Shown here in pieces: positions 9,168-18,058 of a stretch of 64,000 nucleotides of DNA. Numbering within the stretch: position 1 is the stretch's first letter; each line of letters opens with the position of its first letter. The notes beneath the pieces were generated by a model, which was not told where the DNA came from, searched no databases, and saw only the letters and a program-made list of their open reading frames with translations. Location: positions 310,034-374,033 of the forward strand of contig CBDCZM010000004.1 of the NCBI GenBank assembly GCA_965224545.1. Reading direction: 5' to 3'. The position numbers were made by a program, and so were the translations under genes. Source of the stretch: Flavobacteriales bacterium (GTDB lineage Bacteria > Bacteroidota > Bacteroidia > Flavobacteriales_D > Sanyastnellaceae).

Positions 9168-10977
9168 GGTTCTTCGTCATATTTGGGGAAACATCAACCA
9201 GTTTGAGATAATATCACCTTTTTACGTAATAGATCAAAACTAGCCCTGCCATACATTTGCCTTTTTATACTCTTTATTCGGTTTACATGGCCTTCAACAG
9301 CGCCATTACTCCACGGCATTTTAATACCATTTTTAACGGCTTTAATATCTCTTAATAACCCATTGGCAAAAGTGATCAACCCAGGCATTTTGTATTTCGA
9401 ACGTTTTATAAATTCAATCCATCGGTTTATATTGCCGCTTCCTCTTTTTAACATCGTTTTAAAAATCTGCACCAATTTTCGGATAACTTGTAGTTCTGAG
9501 ATGTTATCTAATAATGTTTGTAGATACTTTCGTTCATCAAGGTTTTTAATAGTGCTTAAACAAGAGCCAATGTATTTAGCCAGCGTCCTTGAGCTTAAGG
9601 GTTTTATATAAGGGATTCTTAATTTTTGAATTTGTGTGAAATCTAGCGTGCGTATTTCAAATTTTTCCTTTATCATATTTATATTATGGTAGGCTTGAGT
9701 TCTACTTCCTGTGTATCCTAATTCATAGATCTCGTCTATTATACCTTTCATCATATACCCTTCTTGATTTAATCGAGCAATAATATGCTGAGTAAATAAC
9801 CCAATATTGGTTGACTTAGAGCTTATTCTGGGAGGTAATAATTCTAGTTGGAAATATGAATGAACTGTATTGCGGCTTATGCTCAAATCTCTTGCAATCT
9901 TTCGTCTGGATATGCGCTTAGCTTGTAATTCTTTAACTTTATTAAAGATATCCTGCCGATGGTCTGATTTTATTTCAATGGTCTCCAATACTTTTGCTAA
10001 TGACTGCGCCTTTTTTCCTTTATCACAGACTGCATTCTGCTCCTCGGGCATATTTAAAAGCTCATGGCTTTTATCTTTAATAAGCTTTTTAATTTTAGGA
10101 TTCACACTTTTGAAATACTTGTCCAAAGCATCGGATAGGTTCATTAATAAATGAAATCGGTCCGCGACCTGTTCAGCATTTGGACAAACTTCATTGATAG
10201 CAGAAGAATATGAACTAGCTCTGTCTCTGGTAACAATTTTTACATCAGGATATTTTGACAACCACTTCTTTAGCTCTTTGCCCTCTCTGGAAGGCAAAAT
10301 ATCAATAGGCCTTGAAGTCTCCATATCAATGAGAATGGTTCCGTAACTTCTCCCTTTTCGGTATGCAAAATCATCAACACCAAGCACTTTTGGCTGTATT
10401 ACAGAAGGCAGTTGTTGGCTGTGGACTATTCGGGTAATGGTTGACTTGCTAACCGTAATTAGTAGTTGTTTAGACAGTATACTCCCCAGTTTTCCTGTTA
10501 ATTCAATTGACAAGGAATCCAATATCTTTGATACCCTTTTTGTTCTTCTTGAATACCTCAAAACATATGGTGTTTGTTCTGAGAATACTTTTCGGTTACA
10601 TCGTTGGTTTTCGCATTTAAATTTGCGCGTCTTTAGGAGAATGGTGGTTTTGTTTTGAAATACGGGAAGGTCTGCTAGTGTTCGGGTATAATGATCGTGA
10701 ACTTTAGTGCTATATTTTTCACAAATCGGACATTTTGATCGCTTAGCTTTTATTGATGTGTATATTTTAATAATGGAGCAAGAGTAATCAACATTATTCA
10801 CAATTAGCACAGGCATGCCAATCAGTTGTTCTATGGTCATAAGTAGTTGTTTGATAACAACTTAAAGATAATAAGTAGCACCCTAAAAAACAACAAAACA
10901 GACCTCTATTTTGCTGATTATCAAGTAGGTGTCACGTTTTTAAATGTTCGGGTGTTTCCCCAAATATGACGAAGAAC
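9168..10977 (-). mobile_element. ISL3-family insertion sequence (1810 bp) with 26-bp perfect terminal inverted repeats and 8-bp target-site duplication ACCAATCA
   Basis: IR-L 9168-9193 ggttcttcgtcatatttggggaaaca equals the reverse complement of IR-R 10952-10977. Direct repeat accaatca lies at 9160-9167 and 10978-10985. ISL3 elements make 8-bp duplications. Confidence 0.85.
9194..10840 (-). CDS. ISL3-family transposase
   Basis: N-terminal zinc ribbon (CPICEK...CENQRC), DDE_Tnp_ISL3-like core, 548 aa; lies inside the IR-bounded element. Confidence 0.8.
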   Translation of the reverse strand: MTIEQLIGMPVLIVNNVDYSCSIIKIYTSIKAKRSKCPICEKYSTKVHDHYTRTLADLPVFQNKTTILLKTRKFKCENQRCNRKVFSEQTPYVLRYSRRTKRVSKILDSLSIELTGKLGSILSKQLLITVSKSTITRIVHSQQLPSVIQPKVLGVDDFAYRKGRSYGTILIDMETSRPIDILPSREGKELKKWLSKYPDVKIVTRDRASSYSSAINEVCPNAEQVADRFHLLMNLSDALDKYFKSVNPKIKKLIKDKSHELLNMPEEQNAVCDKGKKAQSLAKVLETIEIKSDHRQDIFNKVKELQAKRISRRKIARDLSISRNTVHSYFQLELLPPRISSKSTNIGLFTQHIIARLNQEGYMMKGIIDEIYELGYTGSRTQAYHNINMIKEKFEIRTLDFTQIQKLRIPYIKPLSSRTLAKYIGSCLSTIKNLDERKYLQTLLDNISELQVIRKLVQIFKTMLKRGSGNINRWIEFIKRSKYKMPGLITFANGLLRDIKAVKNGIKMPWSNGAVEGHVNRIKSIKRQMYGRASFDLLRKKVILSQTG

Positions 10978-11129
10978 CACCAATCACGGAATATACAGTC
11001 TAGAGTAAACTTGAAAAAAACACTAAAAAAAGAAACAATGTAGGAAAATTCCTACAAGACTTAATACGGCAATTGACTGAAAAACAGGTATCTTGCTATT
11101 AATATTTACAAACCAAATTATTTAACCAC

Positions 11130-12143
11130 ATGAAATACTTAACTAGTCTCGTTACGGCTTTGGCTGTGACTTTTACCCTTTCTTCACAAACGGTATATAC
11201 CCTCGATGGTAAATTAGGACTTGGTACAGTCCCAGAAAAACAACTTGATGTTGATGGAGATGCAAAACTCCGAGGTGATGTATACATACTCGGTGATAAC
11301 AGTATCCAAGGGAGTGCTGTAATTGGTCAAAGTCTATTTCTCCCCAATACCCCTGAAGGCTCAACAGGAGATTTACTATTTCTTAATGCTTCGGGAAAAG
11401 TAGAACGAGGTTCTCGTGGTGCGTTTATGCAAGAATTTTACAAACCAACATTTGATTGCTCTGGTGTTACTGACCCTATCTGGAGAAATAAGGAAGGGGT
11501 TTTGTACACAGGGTATCCATGCCCTGAAAACATGAGAGTTGGTATTAACACTGGCTTCCCGCAACATAGCATGGATTTATTCGGTGATGCGCGAATCACT
11601 AAAAACTTGTATATCGGTGGTGGCAACATGGATAATAGCTACAAACTTCATTTATCAAGTGGTAACTCTGGTGGTATTAGAATCGAAGGAAATACCAATC
11701 CAGAAACAGTGAGAAATGCACTGGCCTACTCAGATAATGGTACTTTACGATATCAGTTATACTCTACTGGAACTATTGAGACAAAACTAACCGAAGATGC
11801 ATGGGGAGCTCTTTACATCAAGAACTACCTAGGTGATGATATTTTTAGAGTAAATAAGCAGGGGGGAGTTACTTGTTCTAAAGTAACAGTACACATGGTT
11901 CCATTTCCAGACTATGTCTTTGAGAAAGACTACAAACTGATGCCTTTGCGAGAGCTTGAACAATACATTCAAAGAAACAAGCATCTTCCGAATATGCCTT
12001 CCTCAACTGATGTTGCTAAAAATGGTGCAGATTTAGGAGAAATCAATCGTGTGCTTGTAGAGAAAGTTGAGGAATTAACACTGTATATTCTTGACCTTGA
12101 ACAGCGAATGAATACATTAGAGAAGGTCTCTGTAAACAAATAG
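11130..12143 (+). CDS. Secreted fibre-like protein with Gly-rich beta-rich central region and conserved C-terminal coiled-coil module
   Basis: Signal peptide MKYLTSLVTALAVTFTLSSQ. Central region is Gly/Asn-rich (LYIGGGNMDNSYKLHLSSGNSGGIRIEGNTNPE). C-terminus PFPDYVFEKDYKLMPLRELEQYIQRNKHLPNMPSSTDVAKNGADLGEINRVLVEKVEELTLYILDLEQRMNTLEK matches a module I recall recurring in Bacteroidetes fibre-type proteins, though I cannot name the family. Confidence 0.45.
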   Translation: MKYLTSLVTALAVTFTLSSQTVYTLDGKLGLGTVPEKQLDVDGDAKLRGDVYILGDNSIQGSAVIGQSLFLPNTPEGSTGDLLFLNASGKVERGSRGAFMQEFYKPTFDCSGVTDPIWRNKEGVLYTGYPCPENMRVGINTGFPQHSMDLFGDARITKNLYIGGGNMDNSYKLHLSSGNSGGIRIEGNTNPETVRNALAYSDNGTLRYQLYSTGTIETKLTEDAWGALYIKNYLGDDIFRVNKQGGVTCSKVTVHMVPFPDYVFEKDYKLMPLRELEQYIQRNKHLPNMPSSTDVAKNGADLGEINRVLVEKVEELTLYILDLEQRMNTLEKVSVNK

Positions 12144-12164
12144 TCATTCTTAAAAACTAATAGT

Positions 12165-15011
12165 ATGAAAGTATATACAAGAATGCTAGTGCTCGGACTG
12201 CTTACCTTATGTGGAAGCGTCCTGTACGGACAGAATTTACAGCCTCAACCAATCCCAATAGTTGATATCCACAACAGTCATTTTTCTGATGGATATAGGA
12301 CTGTTACGGCACATAATGAAATGAAAATTCGTTCGCTTGACCCTTGGGGAGAGTCAACAAAAATGGAAGCTAGCGACTACCTCGGCTTTAAAGCTGGTGA
12401 ACAGATAACAATGTATCCTCATTCAAAGTTAGAAGCTTTCGGGGATGGAACGGTAGAATTAATTATAGAGGAAGATAACATTGATGCGGCGTGGTTTGCT
12501 CCCGCTGAAAATGTTGGTGTTGTTGGTAAGTACGAAAAACTGGAATTAGGTTTTAATGCAGAGCAGTACGAAGCTGACATCAATAATTTTAAAGCTGGAC
12601 TCGCTAATTCAATCAACCCCTTTAACCCAGAGGAAATAGATTGCTACATGATTTTCAAGCGTCCTGATGGAACAACAAAAAGAGTCAATGCTTTTTACTA
12701 CGACCAATACAAGCCCGCTGATGATGCCAATTGGATTGAAGACCCTACAGATTTTCCTTGGCGAGTGAGATTTGCACCTGACCAAGTAGGTGTCTGGTCA
12801 TCTAAGTTTTATGTCAAACGAAATGGGATACAAATAGAGACCAAAAGCATACACTTTAATTGTCAGGGTTCTGATAAGAAAGGATATATCCAAACTAACG
12901 GCAGGTATTTACAATATGCTGATAGTGGCGAAGACTTTTTTGCTATTGGACATAATTTGTATTCAGCTTCATTAGGAACTTCTACTCCTAAAAAGTATGG
13001 ATATTACAAAGATGCCATTAATGAGTTAGCTGATGTTGGAGGAACCTTCACACGAATTGAAATAGGAGCTCAAAATGCATTACCATATTACAGACGGCAG
13101 AAAAGTTCAACTGATATAGCACCCCAACACGATAACTATTTTATAAAAATGGATGAAATGTGGGCGTTTGATGAAGCTATAGACCTGTTTGACGTTAGAG
13201 AAATCTACTTCACCATGTTCAGGCATCATGTGGAAATCGATGAACAAGAAACTTGGAATAGAATATCATGGGGCGATAATCCATATAACACTGGATACAA
13301 TTTAACAGGACAGGTTGATTTTTTTAAAAATCCCGATGTTTTACGATGGCAGAACAATTGTCTACGGTATATGTTTGCTCGTTGGGGATATACGCCAAGC
13401 TTTGCTTTCTATGGTCACTCAGAAATCAATGGGTGGTCACAAAATACCACAACTCATTGCGAAGAGTTAAATGAAGTCATAGACGCTGGCATTGAATCTA
13501 CAGGATACCCTGAACTACAATTTTATCAAGATATTTTATACAGTTTAGACCCCTTGGAACATGATTGTAATAACGCAGAAGAGATTAACACAAAAGCAGT
13601 GTTTTATTGGTTCCAGTGTAAAAAATACTTTATCGAAAATGTACTTGGCAATAACCGTATGATGTTTACCAATTCTTATGCAGATTCACCAGAACAAATA
13701 GAGTTTGAAAAAAGGAATGTTATGTTTTTTACAACTGATGATATGATTTCCTTTCATAACTATAGCGGAATGGATAGAAAGGACGCGCAGTACAAATCGA
13801 GATTTGAAGGTTATGATGCCGCCTTGAATAAGAATTGGGCAAATGTAAGCGGTCATAACAAACCAGTTATAATGGAAGAAACGGGACTACCTATTGCAGG
13901 CTGTCAACCTTCTCAACAAGCTGATGGAGAATGTGATGTGGTAGATTTTAATAATTATGAACGTGTTATGTGCTGTACTGATGTAGATTTTCATAATACT
14001 ATCTGGGCAACGAGTATGATGGGAGGGACTGGTGCCGCTATGGACTACTTTTGGCCGCAGGTTCACGGTTTTGGACAAGTAGACAATTATTCCGCACTAG
14101 CTTCCTTTTTTGAGGGAGAAGAGTTGGCAAGCATGGATTACAAGCCAAAAAGGTGGAGGGATAACAGTGGTAATGGAGAGCACGGTAATACATTATGGGA
14201 TACAGATGTAGAGAGCTATTATCTTGTAAGTGATAATAAAGAAAGAGCTTTAGGCTGGGTGCATAATGCTTCCCACTATTGGAGAAACTATACACATTTG
14301 CCGTGTATGCAAGAGATAATTGCCCCAGGAGCTGTTCTTAGTGAAGTCTGTGAACGAGCCGATTATGCAGATGTAGTCACTTATCCATTAGGATTTAATT
14401 TTAGTGAGTTAGACCTGATGGATAAACACACAAACAACGGAGCTGATTGGTACGGCCAACCAATAAAAATAGGGGGATTTAAAACAAGTGTCTTTCCTTT
14501 TAGTATGAAGAAATATAAAATTAAGTTCTTTAATACAAGAACTGGAGGTGACGTCTTGATACATGAAGACTTTTCAAATGTTCTTGGACAGCTAGAATTA
14601 GAATTTCCTGAAATGAATTTAGAGAATCCTGACTATTCATACAAGATTGAATTTCTAGGAACTGAGAATGTTATATTCTCCCTCAGTCCAGAAGAAATAG
14701 ACGACCGCTTTGGGATAGAAGGAAGTGAAAAACGAAACTTCTATATGGGATTAGAGGAAACTAAAAATCAATCGGCCCAAGGGGTGAGTGTACAACCAAA
14801 CCCCGCTACAGATAATGTCACGGTCTCAAGTACGTTTGATATACAGAAAGTAACTATCCTAAACGACTTAGGAAAAGAACTCACAACACTATCAAACCTT
14901 CGAACTAAGGTTATAGAGGTAGATATTTCTACCTTTACCGCAGGAGTGCTTATGGTCATAATCGAAACAAAGGAAGGAACCATCACACAAAAGGTGGTTA
15001 AGTACAATTAA
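12165..15011 (+). CDS. T9SS-secreted large protein; N-terminal region possibly a glycoside-hydrolase-like (GH5/DUF4038-type) domain (weak), C-terminal Por_Secre_tail sorting domain
   Basis: Signal peptide present. C-terminal ~75 aa SVQPNPATDNVTVSSTFDIQKVTILNDLGKELTTLSNLRTKVIEVDISTFTAGVLMVIIETKEGTITQKVVKYN is a classic T9SS type-A CTD. Catalytic family not assignable by eye. Confidence 0.55.
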   Translation: MKVYTRMLVLGLLTLCGSVLYGQNLQPQPIPIVDIHNSHFSDGYRTVTAHNEMKIRSLDPWGESTKMEASDYLGFKAGEQITMYPHSKLEAFGDGTVELIIEEDNIDAAWFAPAENVGVVGKYEKLELGFNAEQYEADINNFKAGLANSINPFNPEEIDCYMIFKRPDGTTKRVNAFYYDQYKPADDANWIEDPTDFPWRVRFAPDQVGVWSSKFYVKRNGIQIETKSIHFNCQGSDKKGYIQTNGRYLQYADSGEDFFAIGHNLYSASLGTSTPKKYGYYKDAINELADVGGTFTRIEIGAQNALPYYRRQKSSTDIAPQHDNYFIKMDEMWAFDEAIDLFDVREIYFTMFRHHVEIDEQETWNRISWGDNPYNTGYNLTGQVDFFKNPDVLRWQNNCLRYMFARWGYTPSFAFYGHSEINGWSQNTTTHCEELNEVIDAGIESTGYPELQFYQDILYSLDPLEHDCNNAEEINTKAVFYWFQCKKYFIENVLGNNRMMFTNSYADSPEQIEFEKRNVMFFTTDDMISFHNYSGMDRKDAQYKSRFEGYDAALNKNWANVSGHNKPVIMEETGLPIAGCQPSQQADGECDVVDFNNYERVMCCTDVDFHNTIWATSMMGGTGAAMDYFWPQVHGFGQVDNYSALASFFEGEELASMDYKPKRWRDNSGNGEHGNTLWDTDVESYYLVSDNKERALGWVHNASHYWRNYTHLPCMQEIIAPGAVLSEVCERADYADVVTYPLGFNFSELDLMDKHTNNGADWYGQPIKIGGFKTSVFPFSMKKYKIKFFNTRTGGDVLIHEDFSNVLGQLELEFPEMNLENPDYSYKIEFLGTENVIFSLSPEEIDDRFGIEGSEKRNFYMGLEETKNQSAQGVSVQPNPATDNVTVSSTFDIQKVTILNDLGKELTTLSNLRTKVIEVDISTFTAGVLMVIIETKEGTITQKVVKYN

Positions 15012-15024
15012 AAGATATATAAGA

Positions 15025-15621
15025 ATGAGACAATTATTACTTCTTGGAATAGTATTGGCTTACCTAAATGGTTTCGGGCAAGATAATGAGAAGCCACTAT
15101 CTTTTCATACTAGTCTGGGCATCGAAAAGAGTATATATAGCATTAGGAGTGTGGCTCAGAATAAAGATTTCTATGATAGACCTTTTCATGAATACAATTC
15201 TGTTTATAATAGATTGGGAGGAGATATTGGTTTAGAATACAAAAAAGTGATTCGTCTCGACATAGGAACTAGTGTGTCGGATATTAAAAATGAATATTGG
15301 CGACGATTCTTTCATTATGCCCATTTATATGGTATTAAAAACCTTGACGACAAAATTTCATTGAGTCTAGGTTTTTCATACGAAAGGTATGCGGAATTAG
15401 ACGGACGTACAGCACAATTAAGTACTGTTGTCATTTTTCAGCATGGCTTTGGTTTGGTGGGTGGTTTTAAGTATAGAAATGCAAAACTAAAGCTAATCTA
15501 TAATGGTAAATATCTTCATAAGGGTATAGATGCTGTTGGTTCATTTGATTTTGCAAAAAGTCGTTTCGCCGTTGCTTTAAGCTATGATATTCTAAACTTT
15601 CCAAGCACTCGAAAGAAATGA
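15025..15621 (+). CDS. Small outer-membrane beta-barrel protein (porin-family/OmpA-like barrel), paralog 1
   Basis: Signal peptide; alternating-hydrophobic beta-strand pattern; ~200 aa. Confidence 0.45.
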   Translation: MRQLLLLGIVLAYLNGFGQDNEKPLSFHTSLGIEKSIYSIRSVAQNKDFYDRPFHEYNSVYNRLGGDIGLEYKKVIRLDIGTSVSDIKNEYWRRFFHYAHLYGIKNLDDKISLSLGFSYERYAELDGRTAQLSTVVIFQHGFGLVGGFKYRNAKLKLIYNGKYLHKGIDAVGSFDFAKSRFAVALSYDILNFPSTRKK

Positions 15622-16199
15622 TGGTTAGATTATATCTTGTATTTATTCTAACCTTCCTCAGTATTTCAAATGGCGTAGCACAAACTAGTGTTGCGCCATT
15701 TTTAGATTCGACTTTTACAAAGCAAAGAGCCATACATATTCAAGCAAATGCGGGATTCTTACTCGGACGCTTTACCATTCATGATGTTGATAGATATTCG
15801 GCAAATCGAACTTGTGAAGAGGAGAATTTCATTTCTCCACTGCCGTTTTTAAATATCTATGCAGACTATAAAAGATTCGGATTAAAGTTTGAACAAATGA
15901 TAGCTGTACCCGTCTTTGGTCTGTCATATCGTTTACACAAAGAAGCCGAAGAGAGAAACCTTCATCTTGAATTTCAACTTACAGTCGCTTCCTTCTTTTA
16001 TCAAGACTTCTTTAAATCAAAGGTTGGACGTGGACTTGGTTTAAGATATAGTTTGCCTAATTGGACGTATGGTCTATCATATACCATATACAAGACACCG
16101 TTTGAGTATTGTAATGGGCCTCACCAAAATCTAGCCTCCTATCAAATACGTGCTAATTTTTCAAGGAGGATATTCAAGTCAAAAAAGACTTCTGATTGA
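15618..16199 (+). CDS. Small outer-membrane beta-barrel protein, paralog 2 (4-nt overlap with paralog 1)
   Basis: Signal peptide MMVRLYLVFILTFLSISNGVAQ; same size and strand pattern as neighbours; ATGA start/stop overlap. Confidence 0.45.
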   Translation: MMVRLYLVFILTFLSISNGVAQTSVAPFLDSTFTKQRAIHIQANAGFLLGRFTIHDVDRYSANRTCEEENFISPLPFLNIYADYKRFGLKFEQMIAVPVFGLSYRLHKEAEERNLHLEFQLTVASFFYQDFFKSKVGRGLGLRYSLPNWTYGLSYTIYKTPFEYCNGPHQNLASYQIRANFSRRIFKSKKTSD

Positions 16200-16413
16200 G
16201 GTTCTATTAATTAGTGTCTGGTCGGAAATCAGCTCTTTCGAAAGATTACACACCCTAAATTCAACTAAAAAAGCATTGGTTTTCAAATTTTAGAGCTCAA
16301 CTATTTTTCGGGCAGGCATGTATTCCGTTTTTGGGCTTTAAAAATGAGTTTTGCGGTTAATTTCTTCCCGACAAGACGCACGTTCCCTATGTCAATTGTA
16401 TCTGCACTCAAAT

Positions 16414-17328
16414 TTAGGCTGCCTTTTTATGAACCTGTTCTCTGCTTATATATTCACCTATCTTGTGCAGATTATAGGCCAAAACGCTTAGGGAAACGTA
16501 GCGTTTGAAGTTTTTAATCCCCCTGTCCAGACAACGACCCAATCCATTGTGTCTTAACTGGTTGATGTTTGATTCTACTGCGCTGTGAGCATTGCGGAGT
16601 TTTATAAACTGAGCCTGATGTTCCTGCTCAGTTTCCTCTTTGTTGCGCTTGCCCTTTTTTGGCATAATCGTCTTGGGAATTAGCTTTTCCACAAACGCCT
16701 TGTTTTGTCCGCTATAGAACCCTTTGTCAAGACTTAAGGATTCAATCAGACCTGAGAATTTTTCCACCAGCTTTGTCGCAATTTCTTGGGTTAGCTGGAC
16801 ATCAACCTGATTCTCAAGTACCTGATGATGAATGATGAAGTTGAATTGGTCGGTGGCGATTAATACATTGTGACCTATTTCAACTGGGTTGAACTTTTTC
16901 CCTTTGGAAAGCCACTCTGAATGCGTTTCAAATATGGAGTATAGTTTTTCACTTGAAGCAATAACTTCTCCATCTATTATTCTTCTACTGACTAGGTCGA
17001 TATGCTTAGTCAGCATTTCATGAAAATAAACCAATTGGAGATGCTTGGATAGTGCCGAAACACTCCTGTGACAGGCTGTTTGATTTAGCAAATCCTTGAC
17101 CTTTACTTCAAGTTTATTGCCTAGTTCTAGGTATTGACTTACTACATTACGAACTCTCGATTCTTTGTTTTTTCCGCCTGAACTGCTGGCCTTGGAACTA
17201 GCCCTGAAAATGCTTTTGATCTCCCGTTTCCATGATCTGGATTTTCTCCAACCTGTGATGTTTTCATTGTCCCTGAACCATTCAGAGAGGTCAATGCACT
17301 TACGTGCTGAATCCCACAGTAGATTCAT
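16414..17328 (-). CDS. Transposase orfB (DDE catalytic part). The frame is open upstream to the A9 run, so a -1 frameshift would produce an orfAB fusion
   Basis: DDE signature residues (LDKGFYS ... RNAHSAVESNINQLRHNGL, the Y-x2-R-x3-E-x6-K-like motif of IS4/IS5). orfB frame is orfA frame -1 and stays open across the slippery run (..IKKKEEELLQVKTDSFPVGTHVHFPTDMNLLWD). Confidence 0.7.
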   Translation of the reverse strand: MNLLWDSARKCIDLSEWFRDNENITGWRKSRSWKREIKSIFRASSKASSSGGKNKESRVRNVVSQYLELGNKLEVKVKDLLNQTACHRSVSALSKHLQLVYFHEMLTKHIDLVSRRIIDGEVIASSEKLYSIFETHSEWLSKGKKFNPVEIGHNVLIATDQFNFIIHHQVLENQVDVQLTQEIATKLVEKFSGLIESLSLDKGFYSGQNKAFVEKLIPKTIMPKKGKRNKEETEQEHQAQFIKLRNAHSAVESNINQLRHNGLGRCLDRGIKNFKRYVSLSVLAYNLHKIGEYISREQVHKKAA

Positions 17329-17375
17329 ATCTGTGGGGAAATGTACATGAGTACCAACGGGAAACGAATCGGTTT

Positions 17376-17864
17376 TTACCTGGAGTAGCTCTTCCTCTTT
17401 TTTTTTAATAACCTATGACCGTAGTTAATCACCAAATCATTGACCTCTTGGATTGTTTGCTCATCCAACAATGCTAGATTATCCTTGATCGTAGTAAGCC
17501 CGTACTTCTTCTTGTCCAATCGTGATTCTGTTTCAATACCCATTACCGTTCGCATTGAGGTATCAACATTGGCCAGATAATGGATGCGATCATAATTTGC
17601 ATTTAATCCTTGACGCATTACTCCAAGTACTAGTATCTCCCACAGTCCCATCCCTTTGCGACCTGATCTAATCAATGTCTCTTGCTTGGGATTTATACGA
17701 TTGGATAGCAAAGAAAATACAGCAGCATTTATCTCCTTGTTCATGAAAATTGCTTGAAGTCCTTTCAATAACTTGGGAGCCTCGTCTCTGCAATTATTAG
17801 GAAATTCAGCTGATGTAATTGGCAGCGTGAATAAGTCTGGATCTCGTTCAAATAGTGTGCGCAT
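17376..17864 (-). CDS. Transposase orfA (N-terminal part) of the 16207-18009 IS
   Basis: 162 aa. Ends ...LLKKKRKSYSR* just past an A9 run containing the heptamer A_AAA_AAG. Confidence 0.65.
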   Translation of the reverse strand: MRTLFERDPDLFTLPITSAEFPNNCRDEAPKLLKGLQAIFMNKEINAAVFSLLSNRINPKQETLIRSGRKGMGLWEILVLGVMRQGLNANYDRIHYLANVDTSMRTVMGIETESRLDKKKYGLTTIKDNLALLDEQTIQEVNDLVINYGHRLLKKKRKSYSR

Positions 17865-18058
17865 AAGCTTCGAATGTTTAACTAAAATACAGCGTCAACA
17901 CCAGTAATTATGCTGAATAGGTCACTATTTATGAAGATATTCATGGGATAAATTTGGCTATATCACCCGCCAAATAAAGACTCTGTGATTTCCGACCAGA
18001 CACTAATTAAACACTTTTTCTTCGATAGAGTGTATCCGAAGCTCATGGTTGTCTATAC

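Larger units (their letters stand above)
16207..18009 (-). mobile_element. IS4/IS5-superfamily insertion sequence (possibly IS1182-like), ~1.8 kb, 25-bp terminal inverted repeats, TTAA at both ends
   Basis: IR-L 16207-16231 ttaattagtgtctggtcggaaatca is the reverse complement of IR-R 17985-18009. Contains a two-ORF transposase joined by a slippery A_AAA_AAG site. Confidence 0.75.

Noticed and set aside
8971-9180. 69-aa ORF on the minus strand abutting the ISL3 element
   Set aside because: Its ATG lies inside ISL3 IR-L. When the IS and one TSD are removed, the same frame hits a TAG five codons upstream, so there was no pre-existing gene; it is an insertion artefact.
17329-17375. Reading the two-ORF transposases (16414-17864 and 47002-48134) as decayed pseudogenes
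   Set aside because: In both cases the downstream frame is open back to a poly-A slippery heptamer located just before the upstream stop. That is the geometry of programmed -1 frameshifting, and the terminal IRs are perfect. A homopolymer sequencing error remains an alternative (see findings).
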